From Anolis carolinensis (taxonomy: Eukaryota): a stretch of 64,000 nt of DNA. The notes beneath the pieces were generated by a model, which was not told the origin of the DNA, did no database searches, and saw nothing but the letters and a program-made list of their open reading frames with translations. How positions within the stretch are numbered: the first letter of the stretch is position 1; each line of letters opens with the position of its first letter. Location: contig NW_026943820.1 in assembly GCF_035594765.1 (NCBI RefSeq), positions 5,774,647 to 5,838,646 of the forward strand, read 5' to 3'. Positions 1-19,980 of the stretch are shown piece after piece. Position numbers and translations under genes: made by a program.

Positions 1-672
1 TATATATTACGATTGTAGTATCAGTTTATATATTCCAACTGTACAGGTAAATACATATGATTCAAAATTGTCTCAAATCTAAATTGGGTTTAAATAAACC
101 TGATGATTGACCCTAACTCCGTTCCTGTCGTTTACACAATGAATAATGGTAGACTTATGTATAGTATCAATATCAGTATAACAAACCACGTATATTTCAA
201 TGTCCAATTCTAACATATATAATTATTGGTACACAAAGTAGTCTTATTAAAGTCTTGATAATATTCTCAAGGTTTGTAACGCTATTCTTCCAAATCAATT
301 ATTCAAAGTAAATCAAAGTTCCATGTCAATAATAACAAAGGATAACTCCCTGGTTAAAGGAGTATGTTGGTGGATTCCAGAGTCTATACAATATATGGAT
401 CCTGGAGATAATGTGGTCAATCAAATCTGGTTGATACAACAGGTCTCCCAGGTATGCATCCAGTTTCGGCGACCTTCTTCAGGTAGACCTTCTTCAGGTA
501 ATCCTGGAGTTCCCTGTGTTTGCTTTGGGTAGCATGTCCTGTTGCTCTAATGTCTTATCTATGTCCGTGGAGGATCCTTACATGTAGTATTCTACCTCAG
601 GTTGCGAGCCAAATAATATGATACTACAATCATAATATATAAGTGACTATATACTTCTAAAGTATATAGTCA

Positions 673-981
673 CTAAGTGCGTTAAAGCGCTGAGCTGCTG
701 AACTTGCAGACTGAAAAGTCCCAGGTTCAAATCCCAGGAGCGGCTTGAGCGCCCGCTGTTAGCTCCAGCTCCTGCCAACCTAGCAGTTCAAAAACATGCC
801 AATGTGAGTATATCAATAGGTACCGCTCCAGCGGGAAGATAACAGCGCTCCATGCAGTCATGCCAGCGGCCACATGACCTTGGAGGTGTCTACGGACAAC
901 GCTGGCTCTTCGGCTTAGAAACGGAGGTGAGCACCAGAGTCAGACATGACTGGACTTAACGTCGGGGAAACCTTTACCTTT
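673..981 (+). mobile_element. Sauria-type tRNA-derived SINE
   Basis: B-box-like GGTTCAAATCC at about 725, a body shared with other copies in the window, and a 3' ACCTTT-repeat tail. Confidence 0.8.
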
Positions 982-1024
982 TATATCACTTTAAAAGTAT
1001 ATAACTATAACATAACTTACTTTA

Positions 1025-8922
<7,898 letters not shown>

Positions 8923-9174
8923 CGCCGCTTCTCCTCAAGACCGGGCCCGACGCTGGCCGGGCGCCGCCATTGCCCACCCACAATGCCCCGCGCCGGAAGC
9001 CGCAATCACGGAAGAGACACTGACGCGCGGGGGGAGGCGGGACTTCCGCCTAAAGGAGTGATTGACAAAACCAGCCCGGAAGAGAAGTTCCCTGCTGTCA
9101 ACATTACATTTCATCAGTGGGTTTTAAATTGTTTTTAAATCGGTGTGGCCTCTATGCTTATTAATACAGTAGAG

Positions 9175-9903
9175 CAGGGGTCCCCAAACTAAGGCCCGGG
9201 GGCCGGATGCGGCCCTCCGAAGTCATTTACCTGGCCCCTGCCCTCAGTTTTATAATATAATATATTGTATATACATATAATATTGATAATAATATTATAA
9301 TGTAATACAATATAACACTAATAATAATACCATATAATAATATTAATTATATATTCTATATTACATATAATATTACTAATAATATTACAGTATAGTGGTA
9401 TAGTTCAATATAGTAATATATAATGCTAATATAGTTCTATGCTAGTAATATAATATATTGTATGTACATATAATTTGTAAGCCACTCTGAGTCCCCTTTG
9501 GGGTGAGAAGGGTGTGATACAAATGTAGTAAATAAATGCAGTAAATAATAAATAAATAAATAAATAAATAAATTTTAGGCTTAGGCTCACCCAAAGTCTG
9601 AAATGACTTGAAGGTACACAACAACAACAACAACAACCCTAATTAACTTGACTATCTCATTGGCCAGAAGCAGGACCACACTTCCCATTGAAATCCTGAT
9701 AAATGTATGTTGGTCAAAATTGTTTTTATTTTTAAATATTGTATTGTTCTTTCATTGTTGTTGTTGTTGTTTTTGCACTACAAATAAGACATATGCAGTT
9801 TGCATTGGGATTTGTTTGTATTTTTTTCAAATGATAATCTGGCCCCTCAACAGTCTGAAGGATTGTGGACCGGCCCTCGGCTTAAAAAGTTTGAGGACCC
9901 CTG
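9175..9903. mobile_element. hAT non-autonomous transposon
   Basis: TIR CAGGGGTCCCCAAACT / AGTTTGAGGACCCCTG. 8-bp TSD CAGTAGAG at 9167-9174 and 9904-9911. Confidence 0.9.
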
Positions 9904-10003
9904 CAGTAGAGTCTCACTTATCCAAGGTTCTGGATTGTCCAACGCATGTTTGTAGTCAATGTTTTCAATACAGTGTGATATTTTGGTGCTAAATTCGTAA
10001 ATA

Positions 10004-10324
10004 CAGTAGAGTCTCACTTATCCAAGCTAGACGGGCTGGCAGAAGCTTGGATAAGCGAATATCTTGGATAATAAGGAGGGATTAAGGAAAAGCCTATTAA
10101 ACATCAAATTAGGTGATGATTTTACAAATTAAGCACCAAAACATCATGTTATACAACAAATTTGACAGAAAAAGTAGTTCAATATGCAGTAATGTTATGT
10201 TGTAATTACTGTATTTAAGAATTTAGCACCAAAATATCATGATATATTGAAAACATTGACGACAAAAATGGCTTGGATAATCCAGAGGCTTGGATAAGCG
10301 AGGCTTGGATAAGTGACTCTACTG
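10004..10324. mobile_element. Tc1/mariner MITE family 1 copy nested, inverted, in another copy of the same family (outer element 9167 to about 10432)
   Basis: TIRs with TA duplication. The outer element reads AAATTCGTAAATA before the insert and resumes CAGTAATTACT after it. Confidence 0.88.
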
Positions 10325-10497
10325 TACAGTAATTACTGCATAGCATTACTGTGTATTGAACTACTTTTTCTGTGAAATTGGTTCTTAAACATGTTTTGCT
10401 GCTTAATTTGTAAAATCATAACCTAAGTGAGACTTTTTTCTCTTTAGATAATAAGTTCATTATATTATTATTGTGTAGGGATAGTAGTAATAAAACT

Positions 10498-11252
10498 TTA
10501 CTGCTGTGAGTTTTCCCAGTTGTATGACCATGTTCCAGAAGCATTCTCTCCTGACGTTTTGCCCACATCCGTAGCAAGCATCCTCAGAGGTTGTGAGGTC
10601 TGTTGGAAACTAGGCAAGTGGGGTTTATATATCTGTGGAATCTTCAGGGTGGGAGAAAACTCTTGTCTGTTGAATATCAGGTGTGAATGTTGCAACTGAC
10701 AACCTTGATTAGCATTTAATAGCTTTGCATATTCAAAGACTGGCTGCTTCCTGCCTGAGGAAATCTTTTGTTGGGAGGTGTCAGCTGGCTCTGGTTGTTT
10801 CCTGTCTGGAATTCCCGTTTGCAGTGTTGTTCTTTATTTACTGTCCTGATTTTAGTTTTTAATACTGGTAGCCAGACTTTGTCCATTTTCATGGTTTCCT
10901 CCTTTCTGTTAAAATATTCTGCATGCTTGTGGATTTCAAATGCTTCTCTGTGTAGTCTGACATGGTAGTTGTTAGAGTGGTCCAAGATTTCTGTGTTCTC
11001 AAATAATATGCTGTGTTCAGGTTGGTTCATCAAGTGCTAAAAAAAGTTGGCAAGTGCTACGTTCAGCAGAGGATAAGAGGGATCCTCTCACCTCTGCAGG
11101 AATCTACCGTATCCCATGCAGCTGTGGACAAGTCTACAGAGGGACCACCAAACGCAGCAATGCCCAGACACATATCAAGGAACATGAAAGGCACTGCAAA
11201 CTAATTCAACCAGAGAAGTCAGTCATAGCAGAGCACTTGATGAACCAACCAA
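10498..11252. mobile_element. Penelope-like retroelement fragment (GIY-YIG endonuclease C-terminus plus pLTR) with internal inversion
   Basis: ORF 11054-11290 has GIYRIPCSCGQVYRGTTKR...IKEH (GIY-YIG). The continuation ILDHSNNYHVRLHREAFEI...FNRKEE is on the opposite strand. Confidence 0.85.
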
Positions 11253-12008
11253 CCAAAGGGCCTGAAGCTGTTGGGAATGGTGGGAGTTGAAGTCCAAAAC
11301 ACCTGGAGGAGGGCCCAAGTTGGCCCATGCCTGGGGTAAATCCATGATGATAATAATGTAGGTTTATGCACTATAAAATGAAAGGAAGTCAGGGTCCCAA
11401 GTCTCTTTGGAGCTGCGTATATTCCTTCCCCCGTTTCTGAGTCCCAGACACACTGCTTCCCAAATGGGGCCCTTCAACCATCAACCACACTGTGTTTGAG
11501 CCAGGAGGCAAGCCCTTTACTGAAACATCCACCAAGCTGAAAGGCCTGAAGGACAGAGTCTGCCTTTGGGGACAGGGAAGCGCTGGTCTCTGCAGAGTTT
11601 ACTGCCCTCCCTCCAAATATTGTGTCCAAGGCTCTTGGCTGCAACATGGCCCCACTGTCCCCTTTGAGGCTGCCAAGAGGGAAGAGGAGGCACCGATATG
11701 GCTGACTGGATGGCTCCTCCTGAACCCCACTGCCTCCATGGATTCCTCTGCGCTTTGCACTCCCCCCATGATCTCTGATCAAAGATGCTCAGTCCAGTCT
11801 GCTCAGATGGGTCAGTCTTGGCTTGTTTTGGGCCAGAAGCCACAGGTTGCAGGGCTCCCATCTGGTAGAGGCTGCCAAAGTGAAGAACGAGCACTTCTTC
11901 CGCAGCACAGGCACTTCCACAAGACATGCAGCAGCCAATCCGCCAGCTTCAGAAGCCCCTGCTTGACATCTGGGCCAAAAGGCCTCCCTGGGTCCACAGC
12001 AAGACTCC

Positions 12009-15000
12009 TCAGAGGCGGTGGTCCGCGCCCACGGCCTCCTGGACACTCTGGAATCCCTGCTCCCTGGGCAAAGCGGAAGGAAGAGGGGATGAGCCATGGC
12101 TGACCTCCTTTAGCAGAGGCCTGGCCCTGCATGCCCTCCTCTTGGATTATCCATCCCTGGGACATGCGGGGAAGGAGGAGGGAATGTCAGTTGGAAAGAC
12201 AAGTCAGAGAGCAAAGGTCTGAGGGCAAGGCAGAAGGCAGGGATGGGAAGCCAGGAGAGCAAAAAGTAAAGCAAAGCAGGGACAGGAGCAGTTCTCTTCT
12301 CTGTGCTTCGACAGGGCCACTGGGGAGAACAAGGCCATGGAATTGGGGCTGTGGGAGAGGGGTGAACCTCTCCATGGCCCCCTGCCCACATCTAAATGCA
12401 GCTGCCTTCTGTGATCCTCATATATTCTCCCAGCCGACCACCAACCTGATTCCCCAACATCCTCCCCAGACCACAGCCAAGCTAAAGGCACCTAGCAAAA
12501 CCCTCAAGGACAGTGTGACCCCCCTCTTGCTCCTGCTCACCTCAGAAGCGCCGCCAGCTCCTGCTTCACAGCCCACACCACAGGTGGCCCCTGGTAGGCC
12601 AAGGCTGTGTAGAGTTGCACCAAGGAGGCCCCCGCCCGGATCTTCTCCAAGGCGTCCTGACCACTGCAGATGCCTCCCACGCCAATGATGGGCACACGTC
12701 CTGAGGGAGAGGGGGCAGCAGGAAGGAGCTACGTGAGAGAGGCAGGAAGCCTCTGGTAGCAGCACCTCCAGCCTCCCTGGTACCCGCCGCTTACCTTTGG
12801 TAAGGGCATACATCTCACGAACCGTCTCAGTGGAGAGCGGGCGCAAAGGAGGTCCACTCAAGCCGCCCACCTCATCGCGATGCGCCCCATGCAGGGAATC
12901 TGGCCGACTCACAGTGGTGTTGGTGACCACCAGTCCGTCAACACCCAGCTGGGAAAAAGGACCGGAGCACCATTAGAGGGGTCCCTTCTCCTTCGCACTT
13001 TCCAATCCTGTAGAGAGCCCTCACTTCCCTTTAGAGTCACACAGGCACACCCAGCCCAACCCACGCAAGCCATCTCCAGGCTCAAGGCCCATCACCTCGC
13101 AAACAACGCTAGCAATGTCCCGCTTCTCCTGGGCCGTGAGGTCGGGCGCAATTTTCACCAGGACAGCAGGCTTGGGCTCCGCAGGCAGGGCATCTCTTTC
13201 GGCCAGCACCTGGGGCGGGAAGAAGGGCACACAGGGGCTGAGGGTCAAAGCACTAGAAGCATAGTGCCCACTCCACACTACCTCCTCTATTCCCTTCCCT
13301 CCAAAGCACAAACCCAGGAGCCAGGAAACCCTCTTGGGAACAGAGCAGATCCAGAGAGTCAGGAGGGTGGCCAAGGAAGTGGGAAGAGGGGTTGCCTTGC
13401 CAGGAAGGGGCTCCCTCTCTTGTGGGGCACAGCCTTATGGACCTCTGCAGCCCCTCAGCTGGGAGACAGAGAGGCAAAGGAGGAGACTCAAGAGAAAGAG
13501 CCACAGGCAGTGGGCCCAAAGTCCTGGCAAGGGCTCACCTTGCCTAACAGAAGGCGGAGCTCGGCTTTTCCCTGCAGGTTCCGCAAGCCGGGTGTGTTGG
13601 GGCTGGAAACGTTCACTACCAAGTAGTCAGCCAGTGGGCCCAGCTTCTGGACTCCGGCTACATAGTCTGCAGAGGCGTCCACTGAAGACTTGTTCTTGCC
13701 AAGGTTAATTCCGAGAAGCATGCCCTCTAGGGAGAGAGAGGGAGAGAGCGGAGTCCTGCTCAAAAGGGCCAGCCCAGGATGGCCGAGGAAGGTCCTGGGG
13801 ACGCAGCATCGCCCCAGAATCAGCAGACCAGTTTAAGAAAGGGAGTCAGCTCCACTCCCGCAGGCTACCCTTAAACACCGAAGGCTGCCATCCAGGCCAC
13901 CTGCATCCTTCGTTGTCTCCTCACCTTTGCGAAGGCAATGCTGGGTCTCCTGCCGAGCTTGAAGTCGCTGCTGCACAGCCGCATGGCCCTGGCTGTTGAA
14001 TCCATACCTGAAGGACAGCAGGGCGGCGGGTAAGGGGAGCAGCCAAGGGCCAGCCCCCTCCCCCCGCTCCACTCCCTTGTTGCCCAGCCCCACCTGTTGA
14101 TAATGGCCTGGTCCTGGCCGAGACGGAAGACCCTGGGGCGGGGGTTGCCCTCCTGGGGCTGCGGGGTGACACTGCCCACTTCCACGAAGCCAAAGCCCAG
14201 CCCAAAGAGGCCATCCACCGCCTCCCCATCCTTGTCGAAGCCGGCTGCCAGACCAAGGGGGTTCCGGAAGCGCCGCCCAAAGACCCTTGCCTCCTAAGAG
14301 CAAGAAGGAGAGAAGATGAGCGCTGCAGGGCACAGGCTCCTACCCAAACACAGACTCATTCTGGGATGAAGGGGCAGCCTAAGCCCGCTTCTCCTCCACC
14401 CTGCCCTGTGACCCACCAAGGTGCTGGTACCCTCCTCCTCCTCCTTCCGAGGCCGCAATGGCCGGAACCCGAGAGCCAGGAGGCGGAGGGCCAGTCCATG
14501 GGAGGCCTCAGGGCCCAGTGCCCACTGCAGGGCCGGCATCAGCTGCGCCGCATAGAAGTCCCGGTCCCCGGTCACTACCAGGAAGGACGCCAGGAGTGTG
14601 CCGCCGCCACCCAGCACCAACGAGGCCTCTTTCAGCCGACGCTGTGGAGAAAGAGAACGAGTTGTTTATTTACTAGCCATAGACCATGACATCAAATAAT
14701 ATACAACTTCTAAAAGGACAGTATACACTTTCCAATATAAACATTAAAAACTATTCTATCAACTAGCTCTTTCAAATTACAGTAGCAGTGGCAATCTCGG
14801 TATGCATGGTAACAATAACCAAATCTAATTTGTATTATCCCAAACTGTTTCCATTTTCATTTCTAGCTTCCACTGTGGACTTTACAAATTTAGCTCGGAT
14901 TTTTTGGGCTGCAACTGCAAATGTGGCAACCTTTAATGAAAAGTGAAAAAAGTCCAGGTGGAGGAGGGGGTCTGCAGGAGGTCCTGGGCCCAGCAGCCCG

Positions 15001-16347
15001 CCCCCAAGAGCCTCCTCATGGATCCAGAAGAATAGCATTCATTATACACTGAATGCACTGAGTAAAGCTGACTGCTAGATTATTACAGGCATAGCATTCT
15101 GGACATCCCAGTTGCACAGTGGCTTAAACCACTGAGCTGTTGAACTTGCTGACCAAAAATTCAGGGAGTGGGGTGAGCTCCCGCTATTAGCCCCAGCTTC
15201 TGCCAACTTAGCAGTTCAAAACATGCAAATGTGAGTAGATCAATAAGTACTGCTCTGGTGGGAAGGTAACAACGCTCCATTCAGTCATGCTTGCCACATG
15301 ACTTTGGAGGTGTCTATGGACAACGCCGGTTCTTCAGCCTAGAAATAGAGATGAGCACCAACCCCCAGAGCCAGATACAGCTACCCTGTTTCCCCGAAAA
15401 TAAGACAGTGTCTTATATTAATTTTTGCTTCCAAAGATGCTCTAGGTTTTATTTTCAGGGGATGTCTTATTTTTCCATGAAGAATTCACATTTATTGTTG
15501 AACAAAAAATGAACATGTATTATATACTGTACAGTAGTTATCATCACAAACCAGCATAACCAGACAAACTGTGAATCCTATCAAGAATTTCTTGTTATTG
15601 CCATTATTTCCATGTACAGCAATCTATGGTACGTTCATTTACCGATCTTGCATGCTCTGGTGTTCTGTTCAGCAGGCATGCTTCCAAACAAAAACTTTAC
15701 TTTCAGGGGAGGTCTTATATTTAGCAATTCAGCAAAATCGCTACTGGGTCTTATTTTCTGGGGATGTCTTATTTTTGGGGAAACAGGGTAAGCTTAACGT
15801 CAGGGGAAAACCTTTACCTTTAATAGCATTCAAACACACGGCCTTTATTGGCACACAACAACAGAATCACAACCGCAGGCATATACAAAAAGTCACAGAT
15901 AAGATGGGAAACATACTTAAAAGTTACTAATCTCAAGAATAAAAAGAGTTGTTCAAAAGATACGGAATTGTGTAACACCCTAGAAGTGATGCACTGAAGA
16001 AACAACTAGAAGAGAAGGTGAGTTTTCTGGGCCATGTTCCCGCAGCATTCTTTCCTGACGTTTCGCCTGGCATCTTCAGAGGTTGTGAGGTCTGTTGGAA
16101 ACTAGGCAAGTGGGGATTATATATCTGTGGAAAATTCAACCAAGCTTTGGAGCTGAAAGGCTATTAAATGCTAATCAAGGTGGCCGGGCCAACTTGGACC
16201 CTGCAGGTGTTTTGGACTTCAACTCCCAGCATTCCTCACAGCCTCAGGCCCTTTCCTTTCCTTGCAGGGTCCAAGTTGGCCCATGTTCCTAGAAGAGCAT
16301 TAACTGCTAGAAGCCGAAGAGAAAAGCCTCACCCAGAGCGGCGCCAT
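12009..16347 (-). CDS. DHODH: Dihydroorotate dehydrogenase (quinone), mitochondrial
   Basis: 9 exons: 16333-16347, 14417-14641, 14094-14293, 13925-14007, 13539-13726, 13096-13209, 12795-12948, 12541-12700, 12009-12063. Motifs [53 protein letters not shown]. Ends GADHRL*. Confidence 0.97.
15110..15822 (+). mobile_element. Sauria-type SINE interrupted by a Tc2-like MITE (15384-15788)
   Basis: SINE body and ACCTTT tail flank an insert with TIR CCCTGTTTCCCCGAAAATAAGAC and TA flanks. Confidence 0.8.
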
Positions 16348-16560
16348 GTCAGGGGACAGGTAAGAGAGAGGCACTTGAGAGTCGTTTCCGGCGGAAGCTG
16401 CCCGGAACAAAGGAGGCGGGGCGCCTCTGGGGAAAGGCAGATCGAGGGGCGGGGCTTAGTCGCCTTAGGGGCGGGGCTTCCACTATTGTCTTGTGGCCCC
16501 GCCCCCGCTTGGTTCTGCCCTTTGCCAATTGGACATAACTGCACCCCGTCTCTGAGCGGA
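16330..16560 (-). promoter_or_regulatory. DHODH promoter (small CpG island)
   Basis: Tandem ETS-like TTCCGGCGGAAG/CCGGAA, GGGGCGGGGC GC boxes, and CCAAT at about 16526, upstream of the ATG at 16347. Confidence 0.75.
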
Positions 16561-17335
16561 TCTCCCTTTGGAAATGAATGACAATCCTAACCTTATTAAA
16601 AAGGAAACATGATGTCTTATCCATTTTGGCAAATGTCAATCTCCATGAACATTTTGAAACCCACCTGTCAAGAAAAGCACGACCTTGTTAGAAGCCAACC
16701 CTTTGAACAAGGGATCTTAATAAGCATTGATGTCATGGCACACAGGTAACTCGGCTGTTAGACTGAAGAACCGTGTCTTTGAACTGCCAAGGACAAAGAC
16801 ATGCCACTATATAAAAAAAAATTGGTTAGCAGAGGATGGTTGATTCTTTGCAGTTGTAATTGCCCGAAATATATACACGCCCTTGAAATCTCTCAGTTTA
16901 AAGTATAATACTGTAAATAAATAAATAAATAAATAAAATATGCACCCAGAGATTAAAAAAACCAAAGTCTTCTTTGAAAAATAACATATGTTGTTTACTA
17001 ACAAACAAGTTGTATTAATTCACCATACAGGCACATTTCTTATTTTAGATTCATTTCTAGATAGGATGGACTGTGTGATGAGTATCATTCTTAATCAATA
17101 GTCCATAGTCTTTAGATAAAGTTGTACAGCCTGGAATTTGAATAGTTCCACGTTTGCTCTGTAATTTCTATGGTTGTGTGTTCATTTAAGATGTTTTAAA
17201 TAATCGTTTTGCTATGTTTAATAATGTAACTTGTATTGTGCTTTAATTGTACATCAGACTAATGTTCTTAGGGCTGGTCCCCATGTGAGCTGCCTCGAGT
17301 CCCTTTGAGGATATGAGGGCGGGTTATAAGAAATA

Positions 17336-17336
<1 letters not shown>

Positions 17337-17384
<48 letters not shown>
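17337..17384. repeat. (TTA)n microsatellite (LINE tail)
   Basis: Direct. Confidence 0.95.
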
Positions 17385-17464
17385 GCTTACTGAAGTCCAT
17401 AAGTCATACTTCCCTACTGAAGTCCAAACACCAACATGCATCCACCTCCACTGAGGTGGTAAAC

Positions 17465-17855
17465 AGACACATCAGAACAGTAAATAAGGAACAACACTCT
17501 GAAAACAGAGGAATTCTAGACATGAATCAATCAAGGGCAGCTAAAAACTCTGAACAAAGGATTCCCCCAGGCCAGGAGCTGAAGGTTACAAGGTCATTTA
17601 ATGCTAATCAAGGTGATTACTTACAATATTCACATTGGCCTCCAACAGACAAAGAGTTCTTTCCCTCACCATGGACCTTCCACAGATATATAAACCTTCC
17701 TTACTTAGTTTCTCCATATACCTCACAACCTCTGAGGATGCCTGCCATAGATGTGGGCGAAACATCAGGAGAGAATGTTTCTGGCACATGGCCATACAGC
17801 CCGGAAAACTCACAGCAACCCCGTGATTCTGGCCATGAAAGCCTTTGACAACACA
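17465..17855 (+). mobile_element. Penelope-like pLTR/3' fragment
   Basis: Same sequence family as 10498-10870. Contains CTGAGGA...GAAAC. Confidence 0.8.
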
Positions 17856-18429
17856 GATACATCCACCTCCACTGAGGTGGTAGTAGACACGTCCACCTTC
17901 AAAAGACTGGAGTCCTGAGCCTGAACATGCTCAGTACAATCACAAAAACATGCTCAGTACAATCAACAACCACCGGCTGTCAGGAATAGTGGGAGTTGAA
18001 GTCCAAAACACCTGGAAGGAGGGCCGAAGTTGGCCCATGCCTGCTTTACAATAACTCCTATTATAAAATACAAGGAGAGATGAAAAAAAGAGCAATGACT
18101 CACTAAACAAACAGTATTGAAAGGGTTTCCTAGACTGATATATGATATATCAGCTGATTGAATTGTGTGGAATGTAAAACGACAATGCCGCGGGATATTT
18201 GTTGTTCTCTTTAGGCAAATATCTTACGTCAGAACCTACCGGTGTATCTGTGGTTAAGAAAACTATGGATAGCAAGCTGTATCTGTGGCTAATAGCAAGG
18301 AAGCGAGAAGATTATGCCGAAGGAGTTTGAAATCTGTAGAATATATTGTTGTTTTGGTCGGCGGGTTTGAGGAGTTTGTATTGGTAGCGTATGGAGTCTT
18401 TATTCAAAGATTTCTTTATTTCATAATTA

Positions 18430-19712
18430 CTGTATATACTCGAGTATAAGCCAACCTGAATATAAGCTGAGACACATAATTTTACCACAAAAAAACTGGG
18501 AAAACATTGACTCCAGGATAAGCCGAGGGTGGTAAATTTCAGAAATAAATATAGATACCAATAAAATTACATTAATTGAGGCATCAGTAGATTAAATGTT
18601 TTTGAATATTTACATAAAGCTCAAATTTAAGATAAGACTGTCAAACTCTGATCAAATCATTATTCTCATCTTCTTCAATGTAAATGTGCTTATGTAGCCT
18701 TTTAATAATAATAGAGTAAAATAGTACATGTGATAATAATAATAAATACAGGAAAATAATACATGTAATAATAAATAGAGTAAAATAATAAATGCAATAA
18801 TAATACAGTAGAGTCTCACTTACCCAACATTAACGGGCCAGCAGAATGTTGGATAAGCGAATATGTTGGATAATAAGAAGAGATTAAGGAAAAGCCTATT
18901 AAACATCAAGTTAGATTATGATTTTACAAATTAAGCACCAAAATATCACGTTAGACAACAAATTTGACAAAAAAGTAGTTCAATACGCAATAATGCTATG
19001 TAGTAATTACTGTATTTACGAATTTAGCACCAAAATATCACGATGTTTTGAAAACATTGACTACAAAAATGTGTTGGATAATCCAGAACGTTGGATAAAT
19101 GAGTGTTGGATAAGTGAGACTCTACTGTAATAAGATCAGAGTGAAATAACAAATGTATTAACAATAATAATAATAATAATAGAGTAAAATAAATGTAATA
19201 CAGTAGAGTCTCACTTATCCAACACTTGCTTATCCAACGTTCTGGATTATCCAACGCATTTTTGTAGTCAGTGTTTTCAAAACATCGTGATATTTCGGTG
19301 CTAAATTCATAAATACAGTAATTACTACATAGCATTACTGCGTATTGAACTACTTTTTCTGTCAAATTTGTTGTCTAACATGATGTTTTGGTGCTTCATT
19401 TGTAAAATCATAACCTTTTCCTTAATGCCTCCTTATTATCCAACATATTTGCTTATCCAACATTCTGCCGGCCCATTTATGTTGGATAAGTGAGACTCTA
19501 CTGTAGTAGCAACAATAATAGAGAAAAATAATAAATGTAATAATACCAATAATAATAGAGAAAAATAATAAATGTACCATATATTCTTGAGTATAAGCTG
19601 ACCAAATATAAGCCAACCAGGACCCTCACCTGAGTATAAGCCGAGGGGGGTGGGACTTTTTCAGTCTTAAAAAAAGGGCTGAAAAACTAGGCTTATACTC
19701 GAGTATATACAG
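18430..19712. mobile_element. Tc2/pogo-like element carrying two nested mariner MITEs (18806-19127 and 19201-19503, opposite orientations)
   Basis: Outer TIRs with TA. Each inner element has both TIRs and TA duplications. Confidence 0.88.
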
Positions 19713-19980
19713 TAATAAAATATTTATTTTGGGGGAAAATAATCCTTTGAGTCTCCTTGAAGAGGAAAAAGCAAGGAATAAATGCTACGATCACAAACCC
19801 TTTGCAAATGCGACCCCCGGGTGCTGACCCGCCACTCTGGGTAAGAAGCAAGCTGCCAGGGCTTTGCAGGGCTGGGCTTGTGGGGCTGCCTGCCCTGATT
19901 TCCCTGGGCAAACAGAGGCAATGCCAGGCAAAGGCAGGGACCCGGCTTGCTTCCCAGCCTCTCCCCAGAGAATCCAGGCA

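Noticed and set aside
673-760. tRNA gene suggested by GGTTCAAATCC
   Set aside because: It is the tRNA-derived head of a SINE, with no complete cloverleaf.
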